From positions 22,482 through 86,481 of IMG/VR virus record IMGVR_UViG_3300034198_012226: a DNA stretch of 64,000 nt; one strand, written 5' to 3'. The notes beneath the pieces are model-generated. The model had not been told where the DNA came from and did not search any database. It worked only from the letters and a program-made list of their open reading frames with translations. This DNA is from a virus. Shown here one piece after another: positions 56,324 to 64,000 of the stretch. Position 1 is the stretch's first letter. Each line of letters starts with the position of its first letter. The position numbers and the translations under genes are program-made.

Positions 56324-57037
56324 TTAAGCGCCGCCGTTACGCTGCCAAATGGTTTGCTTTTCGACAGGGATTCGCTGGCGATCCAGGGCAGCACATAATG
56401 CGGCTTCACGTTCGTTTTCCAAACGCTCGGCAGCGCCATATTCACGGACAGGGGCAAGTAAATCGAGACCCTTCTGATAACGGCGGCGCAGCTCGTGCAA
56501 TTTGATCGGTTGAATCGTGGTGAGTGGAACTCGGCGACGTACAGGCTTTCCGGTTTCCACGTCGATCTCGGTAATCATAATGCGATGGATCGTGGCACCC
56601 TCGGGTAAATCCTCACCGGCATTATCGGCCAGGTATTTCTCCAATTGCTTGAGCGTCCAGCCCTTGCCATGGATCGTATCGACCAATATGGTTTTGGGTT
56701 GAATCTCGGCAGCTTCACGCAGGCCGACCCAGGCCACGTTCTTGGGATTGAAGCCGGACTTCAGGTTAATGCGCTTGATGAATTGGCGGCGCAGTCCCAG
56801 GGGTTTGGACGGATCAAAGTCCGACTCGAAGAACTCCTCGTTGTCGTCCACGAAGTTATCGAAGTCGTACCAGCGGTGCATGACGGTGATGCCCCTGGCA
56901 CCGACCAGGTGGAACAGCTTGTGGTTGGGATCGTCGCAGGAGTCGAGCATCTTCTTCCACTGCTTGTACATGGGATGGGACTTGTAGCCGTAACGGATGA
57001 CGCGAGCGGGCCGGTCATCCAGGTCAAGGTCGAGCAT
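56324..57037 (-). CDS. Divergent homing-endonuclease-like (HNH-related) protein
   Basis: HP.Y..W..M...C..P........GARGITV..RW..F.NF..D...RI....GFNP.NV.W family pattern; the usual DRID is replaced by KRIN. Confidence 0.65.
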   Translation of the reverse strand: MLDLDLDDRPARVIRYGYKSHPMYKQWKKMLDSCDDPNHKLFHLVGARGITVMHRWYDFDNFVDDNEEFFESDFDPSKPLGLRRQFIKRINLKSGFNPKNVAWVGLREAAEIQPKTILVDTIHGKGWTLKQLEKYLADNAGEDLPEGATIHRIMITEIDVETGKPVRRRVPLTTIQPIKLHELRRRYQKGLDLLAPVREYGAAERLENEREAALCAALDRQRIPVEKQTIWQRNGGA

Positions 57038-57070
57038 GGCGGTTTCCGTTAGTAGTGTGTGGGAATCGTG

Positions 57071-57100
57071 ATTCTACACGTCAATCAAGGATTCCAGAAG
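57071..57100 (-). promoter_or_regulatory. Promoter of the leftward early operon
   Basis: Minus strand GTG-TAGAAT extended -10 with an AT-rich upstream region (57100-57190). Confidence 0.55.
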
Positions 57101-57249
57101 AAAGAGATTCTGAAGTACAAAAAATTTCGTTTAGCAGTCCAAAAATAAAATTTGGATTTGTTTAGACTACTAGGTAAAAACTACCTTGCAGTAAAGCTCC
57201 TCCTATGAGGAGAGGCCGCACTTGCATAAGGTTTAGGCAGTATTCCCTT

Positions 57250-58180
57250 AAATGATGTGGCAAAGTTCTACGCATTTGGTAGATGTGTTACGCCACTTGC
57301 AGTGCGGGTGCCAATGAGCATTCCAATTGGAACACGCATTGGCACCGGCACTGATCCACGCCGTACCCCGTTGGTTGGGGGTCGAGATGGTCATCAGGCG
57401 GTGCTGGCCTCCGGTTGTTGTATCCCCTTTGGCCTTCCCTCGCGTCGAACTGGTCTCGCATCCATTGTGGGCCTCATTGCGGGCCTACACTGGGTGCTGT
57501 CGTCATCTGTACACTGGCGCAGGGCACAACCCCTGTCTTTACCCCTGGGATGCGCTCCCAGTTATCACGGTGAGAATACTGCGCAGGAGGGTATTGCTAT
57601 ATGTCCCTCACTCCTACACTCGTCATTGCCGATCACCCTTACCAGAGGGAACCATTACGGCCGTTTGCCTGCATGACTCTGGTATGTGTACAGTTTGTCC
57701 CTGTGCGCTCCTGATGGGATATAAAAACGGGGCGCTCAAGCGATACCACCCGCGAACGGTAAATGGGGCGCTAGACTGCGATGCCGTTGCACCTGGTGAG
57801 GCACAACGCACAGGGTAGAAACTGTTCGCCGCGTCATCACCAGGCGTAATTCGGCCTGGGACAATCGCGGGAATGTTGCTTTATTCGGTAAATGCCACCG
57901 GCAGCGGATACGCCAGGCTTATCAGAATGTGCGAGTAATGCCAGGGGCATCACCGCGCCATTACTAATGAGCGGGTATCTTTTCGGGTGGCATGTTGTTA
58001 ATGAACCGATCCTATCGAATCACCATGGGCGAGTAATGACAAAGCATCACCGCACAGCATGAGTAATCCGGCAGGATTCGGCGCGCATGGGCGCACCGGG
58101 CAAATTGGCATCGTTTTGTGCCGGTCTGCACTTCAGGATTTAAAGGCCCTGCCTATAGCAAGGCCCTTAAATCCTGCCCC
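57250..58180. ncRNA. Putative large structured non-coding element
   Basis: No credible ORF; many hairpins and long-range complementary segments (see findings). Confidence 0.45.
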
Positions 58181-58208
58181 GTCACCAGGGCAGGCAGGAA
58201 ACTACAGG

Positions 58209-58970
58209 TTAGGCAGCGGCAGGGGCAGCGGCGCGGCGCGCTTTACCTTTACCGGCTGGCTTGCCTTGCTCGGCAGGGGCAGGGGCAGGGGCAGGGGCAG
58301 GGGCACCGGCAGCGGCACCGGCGGCAGCGATAGCGGCACCGGCTTGCTTGTCGGCGAACTCAGCCAGGGCAGCGGCTTTGCCCTCAGCGAACGATTGCGC
58401 CAGGGCGGCAGGCACGCCCAAAGCATTGCGGAAATCGTCCATCAAGCCAGGGGCAGCGCGGCCGGTCACCAGCAAAGCCAGGGCAGCGCGCAGAACGTCG
58501 GAATCCGTCATGATGGAATCAGCCGCCACCAGCCCACGTTCGGCAATTTCTTTCTCGACGGCAACCTTTACGGCAGCGGCTTGCTCCTCGGCCTTCTTGG
58601 CTTTGGCTTGCTCTTTCTCGGCCTCGGTTTTCTCGGCAGGCAGGGCGGCAAGATAGGCAGTCTCGAACACGTTCGCCAGGCGCTCGGCCTCGGCCTCATT
58701 GCGTGCGGCGCGCTCCTCGGCAGTGATTTGCTCTTGCGGCTTGATGAACAGGGCAATGTAACCCACGGCAACAAAGCCAGCGTGAAGGGCCTTGCCCTGG
58801 ATGCTCTTGCTTTTTGCTGCCTCGGCAGCGCCAGCCAGCCAGTATTTATCCGTGCCCTTTACAGCGGTGAGGGCAGCGGTAAAGATGATGTTCAGGCGAA
58901 GGGCGGCACCGGCTTGCTTGTTACCAGCCAGGGCGGCGATTTGAGTTTGAAAGTCAAGATTCTGTTTCAT
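58209..58970 (-). CDS. Ala/Lys-rich first early protein with (PA)n tail
   Basis: AGGAG RBS and its own promoter; long inverted repeat at 58134-58176 downstream. Confidence 0.7.
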   Translation of the reverse strand: MKQNLDFQTQIAALAGNKQAGAALRLNIIFTAALTAVKGTDKYWLAGAAEAAKSKSIQGKALHAGFVAVGYIALFIKPQEQITAEERAARNEAEAERLANVFETAYLAALPAEKTEAEKEQAKAKKAEEQAAAVKVAVEKEIAERGLVAADSIMTDSDVLRAALALLVTGRAAPGLMDDFRNALGVPAALAQSFAEGKAAALAEFADKQAGAAIAAAGAAAGAPAPAPAPAPAEQGKPAGKGKARRAAAPAAA

Positions 58971-59048
58971 GGTTTGATGCTCCTATTTGGAGTGCCCTAC
59001 AGGGCGGGTTATCCGGATCAACAATGCGTTGTCCGTTTGAGAGATTCC

Positions 59049-59077
59049 ATTCTCGCAGAACTCATATACGTTTGCAA
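59049..59077 (-). promoter_or_regulatory. Sigma70-like early promoter
   Basis: Minus strand TTGCAA-N17-GAGAAT. Confidence 0.6.
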
Positions 59078-59189
59078 GTGTTTTCTTTGAAGTGTACGGA
59101 ATATGTTGTTCGTTGTTTCGCCGCCACATTCCCATGTTGCTATCCGGCAACATGTACGAGGGCACTAATAGTTGTCACTCTGACAACAT

Positions 59190-59472
59190 GGGCACCGGCA
59201 CTGGCCATGGCAGCGCCAGGGCAGGCGGCAGGGGCACCGGCACCGGCAGTGCCAGGGCAGGCGGCAGCGGCAGGGGCAGCGCCAGGGGCACCGGCAGTGC
59301 CAGGGCAGGCGGCAGGGGCAGCGCCTATATAGGAGGGCAGCGCCAGGGGCACCGGCAGTGCCAGGGGCAGGGGCACCGGCAGTGCCTATATAGGAGGGCA
59401 GCGCCAGGGGCACCGGCAGTGCCAGGGGCACCGGCACCGGCAGTGCCTAAGCCAGGGGCAGCGGCAGCGCCT
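59190..59472 (+). repeat. GGCA-based low-complexity repeats with 2x CCTATATAGG
   Basis: Recurrent GGCACCGGCAGTGCCAGGG(G)CA units. Confidence 0.85.
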
Positions 59473-59489
59473 ATGTGTTGTTACTCTGA

Positions 59490-59577
59490 CACTCTTATAT
59501 AAGACTTACAGGCACTCTTATATAAGACTTACAGGCACTCTTATATAAGACTTAGGGGCACTCTTATATAAGACTTC
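59490..59577. repeat. 4 x 23-bp tandem repeat, core palindrome TCTTATATAAGA
   Basis: Cores start at 59493, 59516, 59539 and 59562. Confidence 0.95.
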
Positions 59578-59595
59578 ACACTTTTTAACACAAAG

Positions 59596-59654
59596 TTATC
59601 CACAATTGGCACCCCTCAAAACGCATCAGATCGGCCTGTATTGAGTTATCCACA
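59596..59654 (+). promoter_or_regulatory. Two consensus DnaA boxes
   Basis: TTATCCACA at 59596-59604 and 59646-59654. Confidence 0.8.
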
Positions 59655-59706
59655 GGCACCCTACCCTACCCCTTACCAGGGCGGCGAACGTGGCACCAGG
59701 ACGTTT

Positions 59707-59726
59707 TACTGTATATTTATACAGTA
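59707..59726. promoter_or_regulatory. LexA (SOS) box
   Basis: TACTGTATATTTATACAGTA matches the proteobacterial CTG-N10-CAG consensus almost perfectly. Confidence 0.85.
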
Positions 59727-59732
59727 GTTTTT

Positions 59733-59879
59733 GCTTAAAAAATAGGCAGTTTTGGCACCGGATTTGCCTATTATTTAGGCAGCAAACAGGGCAGCGCCAG
59801 GGGCACCGGCACCGGCACCGGCAGTGCCAGGGCAGGCGGCAGGGGCAGCGCCAGGGGCACCCGTGCTTAAATTTTAGGC
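59733..59879. promoter_or_regulatory. Three Fis-like sites and a sigma-54 -24/-12 motif
   Basis: GCTTAAAAAATAGGC (59733), GCCTATTATTTAGGC (59766), GCTTAAATTTTAGGC (59865); TGGCAC-N5-TTGC at 59753-59767. Confidence 0.6.
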
Positions 59880-59940
59880 AGGGCAGGCAGCGCCAGGGCA
59901 GGCGGCAGCGCCAGGGGCACCGGCAGTGCCAGGGCAGGTG
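59788..59940 (+). repeat. GGCA-based low-complexity repeats
   Basis: Same units as 59190-59472. Confidence 0.85.
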
Positions 59941-60170
59941 ACGGGGCAGTCTTTAGCGCGCTGGACGGTGCCGGTGGCGATCCTACCCGCTCAAAAATTC
60001 CCGGCGCATTTTCCAAAAATTCGATGCAATTCCGACAACACCGGCACCGCAGTCGGTGTAGGACATGACGCCGCCCCTGTGTCATCCAGGACACACGGGA
60101 TTTCCAGATGACAAGTGGAACGAACTCATCTATGATTGCCCCCAGTCAAAACAACAGGGGAATCGGAAAC

Positions 60171-60359
60171 ATGTTCAGGCCAACGTCAAACGTCGGGAAA
60201 GCGGCAAAGCGGTCAGCACTGTCCATCATCGCTGGCACCGCCATCGCCACCTCCTACCACGTCGTCATGGGCCAGAACCCTGTCGCCACCCTATCTCTGG
60301 GCGTCGGCGCTCTCATCGGCATCGCCACCCTCATCGCCTACTACAAGCCAGCCAAATGA
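60171..60359 (+). CDS. Small two-TM membrane protein
   Basis: Two hydrophobic segments; first rightward ORF. Confidence 0.5.
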   Translation: MFRPTSNVGKAAKRSALSIIAGTAIATSYHVVMGQNPVATLSLGVGALIGIATLIAYYKPAK

Positions 60360-60808
60360 ACATCTTCGCCCATACCGAACCCACCGGCCCGTACCCCGCC
60401 TACGTCTCGATCAACGACCGGCACAACGACCACGTCACGATCACGGTGCGCAGCCGTGGCAACGACGGGCGCGACATCGGTGCCATGACCATGCCCACCT
60501 GGAAGCTCCGTGAAATGGCCACCAAGCTCCTGGAGCACTGCGACGCCGTCGATGAAACGAACGGCAAACTGAAACAGGCACCGGCACAGCTCCCGAAACC
60601 GCCCCTGGGCAGCTCCCACTTCCCGAGCGTGGACGAGATGGTCAACCGCTTCCTGGGCTGGAAACTGCCCGAAGACTTCTACCCCGACTGCGGCATCCAG
60701 TTCGCCAAGCCCGCTGACCAGCTCTCCTGGCCGACCGGCACCAACCTGCTGCACGCTGGCCAGGCCAAGGGAATGATCCTGCACATCCTGACGGGCGGTG
60801 CCAAGTGA
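60356..60808 (+). CDS. Hypothetical protein
   Basis: YPAYVSIN and MV.RFLGWKLP.DF.PD.GI...P.GTNL conserved phage modules. Confidence 0.65.
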   Translation: MNIFAHTEPTGPYPAYVSINDRHNDHVTITVRSRGNDGRDIGAMTMPTWKLREMATKLLEHCDAVDETNGKLKQAPAQLPKPPLGSSHFPSVDEMVNRFLGWKLPEDFYPDCGIQFAKPADQLSWPTGTNLLHAGQAKGMILHILTGGAK

Positions 60809-60872
60809 GCTTCCTCGCCATTTTCATGATCCTGACGGGCCTGGGTGCCCCGAAACCACCGGAGCCAAAGCC

Positions 60873-61058
60873 GTGAACACCGACACCATCAACCTGCTGC
60901 CCTTCCTGTACTACCTGGCCCTGGGCCTGGGTTGCTACGCCTACGGCCACAAGGCCGGTCGCAAGGACGGCATCAAGGAAGTCTTCGAGAGCGTCCGCAA
61001 GGGCGACTCCTACGAGACCGCCAGCGAAGTCATCTACGGCGAGGTGCTGCCAACATGA
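60873..61058 (+). CDS. Small membrane protein
   Basis: GGAG RBS with GTG; one transmembrane segment. Confidence 0.5.
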   Translation: MNTDTINLLPFLYYLALGLGCYAYGHKAGRKDGIKEVFESVRKGDSYETASEVIYGEVLPT

Positions 61059-61312
61059 TCGCCACCACCCACAACGGTGGCTGCGCGGCCATCAAGGAAG
61101 TCCGGATCGACGGCAAGGTCGTCAAGCACGTCGTGTACGCCGACACCGCCAATGGCTTCGCCATCGTCCACAAGACCGATGAAGCGGGCCGGATCGTGAC
61201 CAAGGACGACTGCATCGTCATCGAGCCGGTCATCGGCACCGTCAGCCTCGTCCTCAATCCGGACTGGGCCTACAACCGCGAGCACGCCGCCTTCGAGCCG
61301 GTGAGGAGCTGA
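61055..61312 (+). CDS. Hypothetical protein
   Basis: V..DG......V.YADT..G motif. Confidence 0.6.
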   Translation: MIATTHNGGCAAIKEVRIDGKVVKHVVYADTANGFAIVHKTDEAGRIVTKDDCIVIEPVIGTVSLVLNPDWAYNREHAAFEPVRS

Positions 61313-61315
61313 CTG

Positions 61316-61441
61316 ATGTTCAACTGGCTTGACCTTACCTGCGTCCACCGCGAGCGGGCCTTCGTCCAGAAGGCTTGCCGCCGCTTCGCCCTGATTGCTC
61401 TGCCCGCGCTGGCACTTGCCTGTGCGGTAACCTTACTGTGA
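61316..61441 (+). CDS. Small hydrophobic protein (41 aa)
   Basis: GAGGAG RBS; fills the gap. Confidence 0.4.
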   Translation: MFNWLDLTCVHRERAFVQKACRRFALIALPALALACAVTLL

Positions 61442-61449
61442 GACCCGAC

Positions 61450-62220
61450 ATGAAACACTTCGTCAGCGCCACCCTGTGGTTTTCCGTTGCCCAGTTCGTT
61501 ATCCTGTTGATCACCGGCCTGTTCGGCATCACGCCGATCCAGGAAACCTTCTTCCCTACACTGGGTATGGTGGCCTTCTTCGGCGTCTGGAACGCCATCC
61601 TGCGTGAGCGCCAGAAGAAGCGCGACTGGGTCGAGGCCAATGCCCGTCACCGTGAAGCCATGCTCGCGGGCGGCAAGCGCGCATCGTGGCCACCGAAGCG
61701 CCCTGCCGACGCCGGGGGCGAGTTCCACGTCGATGTCGATATGGATCGCCTGCGCAAGACCCTGTTCAAGACCACCGGCATGGGCCGCACCGAGATGCCC
61801 GTGGGCGACGGCTATGTCGATCCGGCCAAGGGCGTGAACCCGACGAAGCCGTGGCCCCGCTCGAACCCGCACCGCAACGAACAGTTCTTCGATGAACAGC
61901 TCGGCAAGCGCCAGACGACCCGCACGCCCGACCAGTATTCGCGCCGCACCGACCCGAAGCCGGCCGACACCGTGACCGTCACGCCTGACCCGCTGCCGAT
62001 CACCAGTCCAGCCCACCCGCTGCACGCCCAGACCTATGGTTCGACCTTCGGCAACACGAACGAGGACTCCTACCGCGCCCCGTGCGCCCCGGCACCGTCT
62101 TCGCACTCGTCGTCGCACTCGACCTACGACAGTTCGCCGTCGTACTCGTGCAGCAGCGACAGCGGCTCGTCCAGCTCCTCGGACAGCGGCTCCTGCGGTG
62201 GTGGCGGCGGCTGCGACTGA
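61450..62220 (+). CDS. Membrane protein with Ser/Gly-rich C-terminus
   Basis: Two transmembrane segments; ends SSDSGSSSSSDSGSCGGGGGCD. Confidence 0.65.
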   Translation: MKHFVSATLWFSVAQFVILLITGLFGITPIQETFFPTLGMVAFFGVWNAILRERQKKRDWVEANARHREAMLAGGKRASWPPKRPADAGGEFHVDVDMDRLRKTLFKTTGMGRTEMPVGDGYVDPAKGVNPTKPWPRSNPHRNEQFFDEQLGKRQTTRTPDQYSRRTDPKPADTVTVTPDPLPITSPAHPLHAQTYGSTFGNTNEDSYRAPCAPAPSSHSSSHSTYDSSPSYSCSSDSGSSSSSDSGSCGGGGGCD

Positions 62221-62235
62221 CCTGGAGGCTCGCCG

Positions 62236-62481
62236 ATGAAGACCTTATCCCTTCCTCGGCGGGCCAACCGCCATAGGAAATGCCCGAAACGGCTTGAAAT
62301 GTGCATGAAACGGTTGAAAAAGGCCCGAAAAGCACAGGAAACCGAAGAAAAACGTGTGGAATTGGCCGAAATGGTGAACAAATCGGCCCTTTCCATCAAA
62401 AAAGCCGCAGAAAAGTGCGGTATCACCCACAGACAGATGGCCCGGTACGTGGCTGCTGCATCAAGGAACAGCCATGTTTGA
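62236..62481 (+). CDS. Small basic HTH protein
   Basis: LSIKKAAEKCGIT.RQM.RY motif; GGAGG RBS. Confidence 0.6.
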   Translation: MKTLSLPRRANRHRKCPKRLEMCMKRLKKARKAQETEEKRVELAEMVNKSALSIKKAAEKCGITHRQMARYVAAASRNSHV

Positions 62482-62920
62482 AGGCGAAGGCGGGGAGTTC
62501 CCCCGCAAACCCGTTGCACCACTTGACGGAGCGCACATCCCGGTTTCCTCCGTGGACGTGTCGCTCTACAACACCATGGAGCTGCTGACGCTCCGGAACA
62601 AGATCGACGCCAGGCTCCCGCCCATGTCCATGGCCGAGCTGAACCTGGAGGAGGAGGTCGTGCGCCAGTTCATGACCGTCAAGGCGCTCCAGGCCACGAC
62701 CCTGGAAGGCAACGAGGAGGGCAACAAGAAGGCCGCGGTGGTCAACGCCTGCGCCGCCGCCCTCCAGCAGCTCGCCAAGCTCCAGATCGAAATCCACACC
62801 GCCGAGCGATTCAAGAAGATCGAAAACCTGCTCATCAAGCACCTGAAGCTGCTCCCGAAAGAGGCCGCTGAAGCATTCCTCTCGGCCTATGCCGAACTCA
62901 TTCTGGAGCCAAACTCATGA
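62474..62920 (+). CDS. Putative terminase small subunit
   Basis: Helical protein shortly upstream of TerL (position-based call). Confidence 0.45.
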   Translation: MFEGEGGEFPRKPVAPLDGAHIPVSSVDVSLYNTMELLTLRNKIDARLPPMSMAELNLEEEVVRQFMTVKALQATTLEGNEEGNKKAAVVNACAAALQQLAKLQIEIHTAERFKKIENLLIKHLKLLPKEAAEAFLSAYAELILEPNS

Positions 62921-63117
62921 CCGCCCAAATCCACCCTGAAGAAGCCCAGGTACTGGCCTTAATCCACATGGAAATCCTGACCCTCTCGCCGGACAAGCAG
63001 CAGAAGGTCACCAACACCGCCGCTGCCCTGCGCGAGTTCATCCGTGCAAATGGGCCGGAGGCATACATGGCACTGGCGCTGGTCGGCGCGGAGATGGCCG
63101 CAACGGGGATCGTATGA
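62917..63117 (+). CDS. Hypothetical protein
   Basis: ALALVGAE motif; coupled. Confidence 0.6.
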   Translation: MTAQIHPEEAQVLALIHMEILTLSPDKQQKVTNTAAALREFIRANGPEAYMALALVGAEMAATGIV

Positions 63118-63216
63118 CCCAGTTGATCGCCTACGTCCTCCAGTACGCCAGCTACAAACGCTGGTCGCTCAAGCTCAAGACCATCATGCTGATCGACTCG
63201 GATCGCCGGAGTCGCA

Positions 63217-64000
63217 ATGACTGACCTGATGCGCGAGCTGGAAAAGCTCGACCCTACACTGGCTTCAGTATTGCGCAATCCCATGTGCAGCGATCCGGCG
63301 TTCCAACGCCATATCGCTCGTATGCTGGCGTCGATGTCGGCCCATGGCCGCGACACAATCTCCGAGTTCATCACGACCAACACCTACCTCAAGGGCGAGC
63401 CGTTCTCGTTCCAGGATCACGAGTACCAGGACTTCATCCTGCGCGATCCGTCGAAGGAGAAGGTCATCATCAAGTCGGCGCAGATGGGCATCTCCGAGAT
63501 GAGCGCCCGCATGGCACTTGCCATGGGCAACCTCATCTCCGGGTTCTCGACCATCTACACCTTGCCTTCGGCGAAGGCGGCGCAGAACTTCATGAAGACC
63601 CGTATCGACCCGATCATCGCCGGGTCGCCGTACCTGAAGGACGCGGTCTCCAAGGCGGTGGACAACACCGAGATGAAGCAGTTCGGCGACTCCTACCTGT
63701 ACCTGAAGGGTGCCCAGGTGGACAGCCAGGCTATTTCCGTCCCGGCTGACATGCTGATCGGCGACGAGGTGGACAACTCGAACCAGGAGGTGTTGACGCT
63801 GTTCGAGTCGCGCCTGATCCACTCGAAACACCAGCTCAACGTGAAGCTGTCCACGCCGTCCGTGCCTGGCTATGGCATCGACAAGGCGTACAAGGAGTCC
63901 CGCCGCCACATCCACTTCTGCAAGTGCAAGCACTGCAACAACTGGTTCGAGCCGGACTACTTCGAGCACGTCAAGATTCCGGACTTCAAGGGCGACATCG
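63217..64000 (+). CDS. Terminase large subunit, lambda GpA-type (3'-truncated)
   Basis: Open frame not in the ORF track: FSFQDHEYQ, IIKSAQMGISE (GpA-type Walker A), LIGDEVD (Walker B), LSTP, CKHC. Confidence 0.9.
   Translation, partial: MTDLMRELEKLDPTLASVLRNPMCSDPAFQRHIARMLASMSAHGRDTISEFITTNTYLKGEPFSFQDHEYQDFILRDPSKEKVIIKSAQMGISEMSARMALAMGNLISGFSTIYTLPSAKAAQNFMKTRIDPIIAGSPYLKDAVSKAVDNTEMKQFGDSYLYLKGAQVDSQAISVPADMLIGDEVDNSNQEVLTLFESRLIHSKHQLNVKLSTPSVPGYGIDKAYKESRRHIHFCKCKHCNNWFEPDYFEHVKIPDFKGDI

Noticed and set aside
57257-57818. + strand ORFs of 139 and 163 aa
   Set aside because: Atypical codon usage, no RBS, and opposite to the flanking genes.
57250-58180. Group I/II intron or tRNA cluster
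   Set aside because: No domain V, P7 core, T-loop or cloverleaf patterns were recognised, and the region does not interrupt a gene.
59490-59577. Possible CRISPR array
   Set aside because: The 23-bp units are tandem with only about 5 nt variable, there are no unique spacers, and no cas genes are present.
59024-59941. ORFs across the GGCA repeats
   Set aside because: Low-complexity translations appear in several frames with no RBS; better explained as non-coding repeats.
60040-60110. Exact cos site
   Set aside because: A GpA-type terminase suggests cohesive ends and there are short inverted repeats here, but the site cannot be placed from sequence alone.

Overview
The whole window is part of a GC-rich tailed dsDNA phage genome. 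The host is probably a betaproteobacterium (inference), and no integrase, repressor, tRNA or CRISPR array is visible. Layout: (i) 1-11.4 kb, + strand, tail/virion and lysis genes, including a tail protein with a C-terminal Hint domain; (ii) 11.5-37.9 kb, - strand, DNA metabolism and replication (frameshifted HNH, DfrB-like protein next to ThyA, SbcCD-like pair, ligase, class II RNR, RecU-like resolvase, a family A DNA polymerase split into two genes, TraR/DksA-like, dNTP diphosphohydrolase, ExoX-like, GroES, primase-helicase, SF2 helicase, KTSC-dUTPase fusion, ParB-like); (iii) 38-57 kb, - strand, many small early-type genes; (iv) 57-60.1 kb, a mostly non-coding divergence region; (v) 60.2-64 kb, + strand, small genes and a lambda GpA-type terminase. 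The most unusual signals are: an array of different host-factor sites (DnaA, LexA, Fis, sigma-54, a 4x TCTTATATAAGA palindrome and other palindromes) spaced by GGCA-rich filler, which may be a decoy or origin element; a ~0.9 kb densely base-paired non-coding region; a strand-polar 12-mer (CASTSAGTGTAG) scattered through the window; a DfrB-fold gene coupled to thyA; and a polymerase split inside its proofreading domain. All product calls come from motif recognition by eye, not from database searches.
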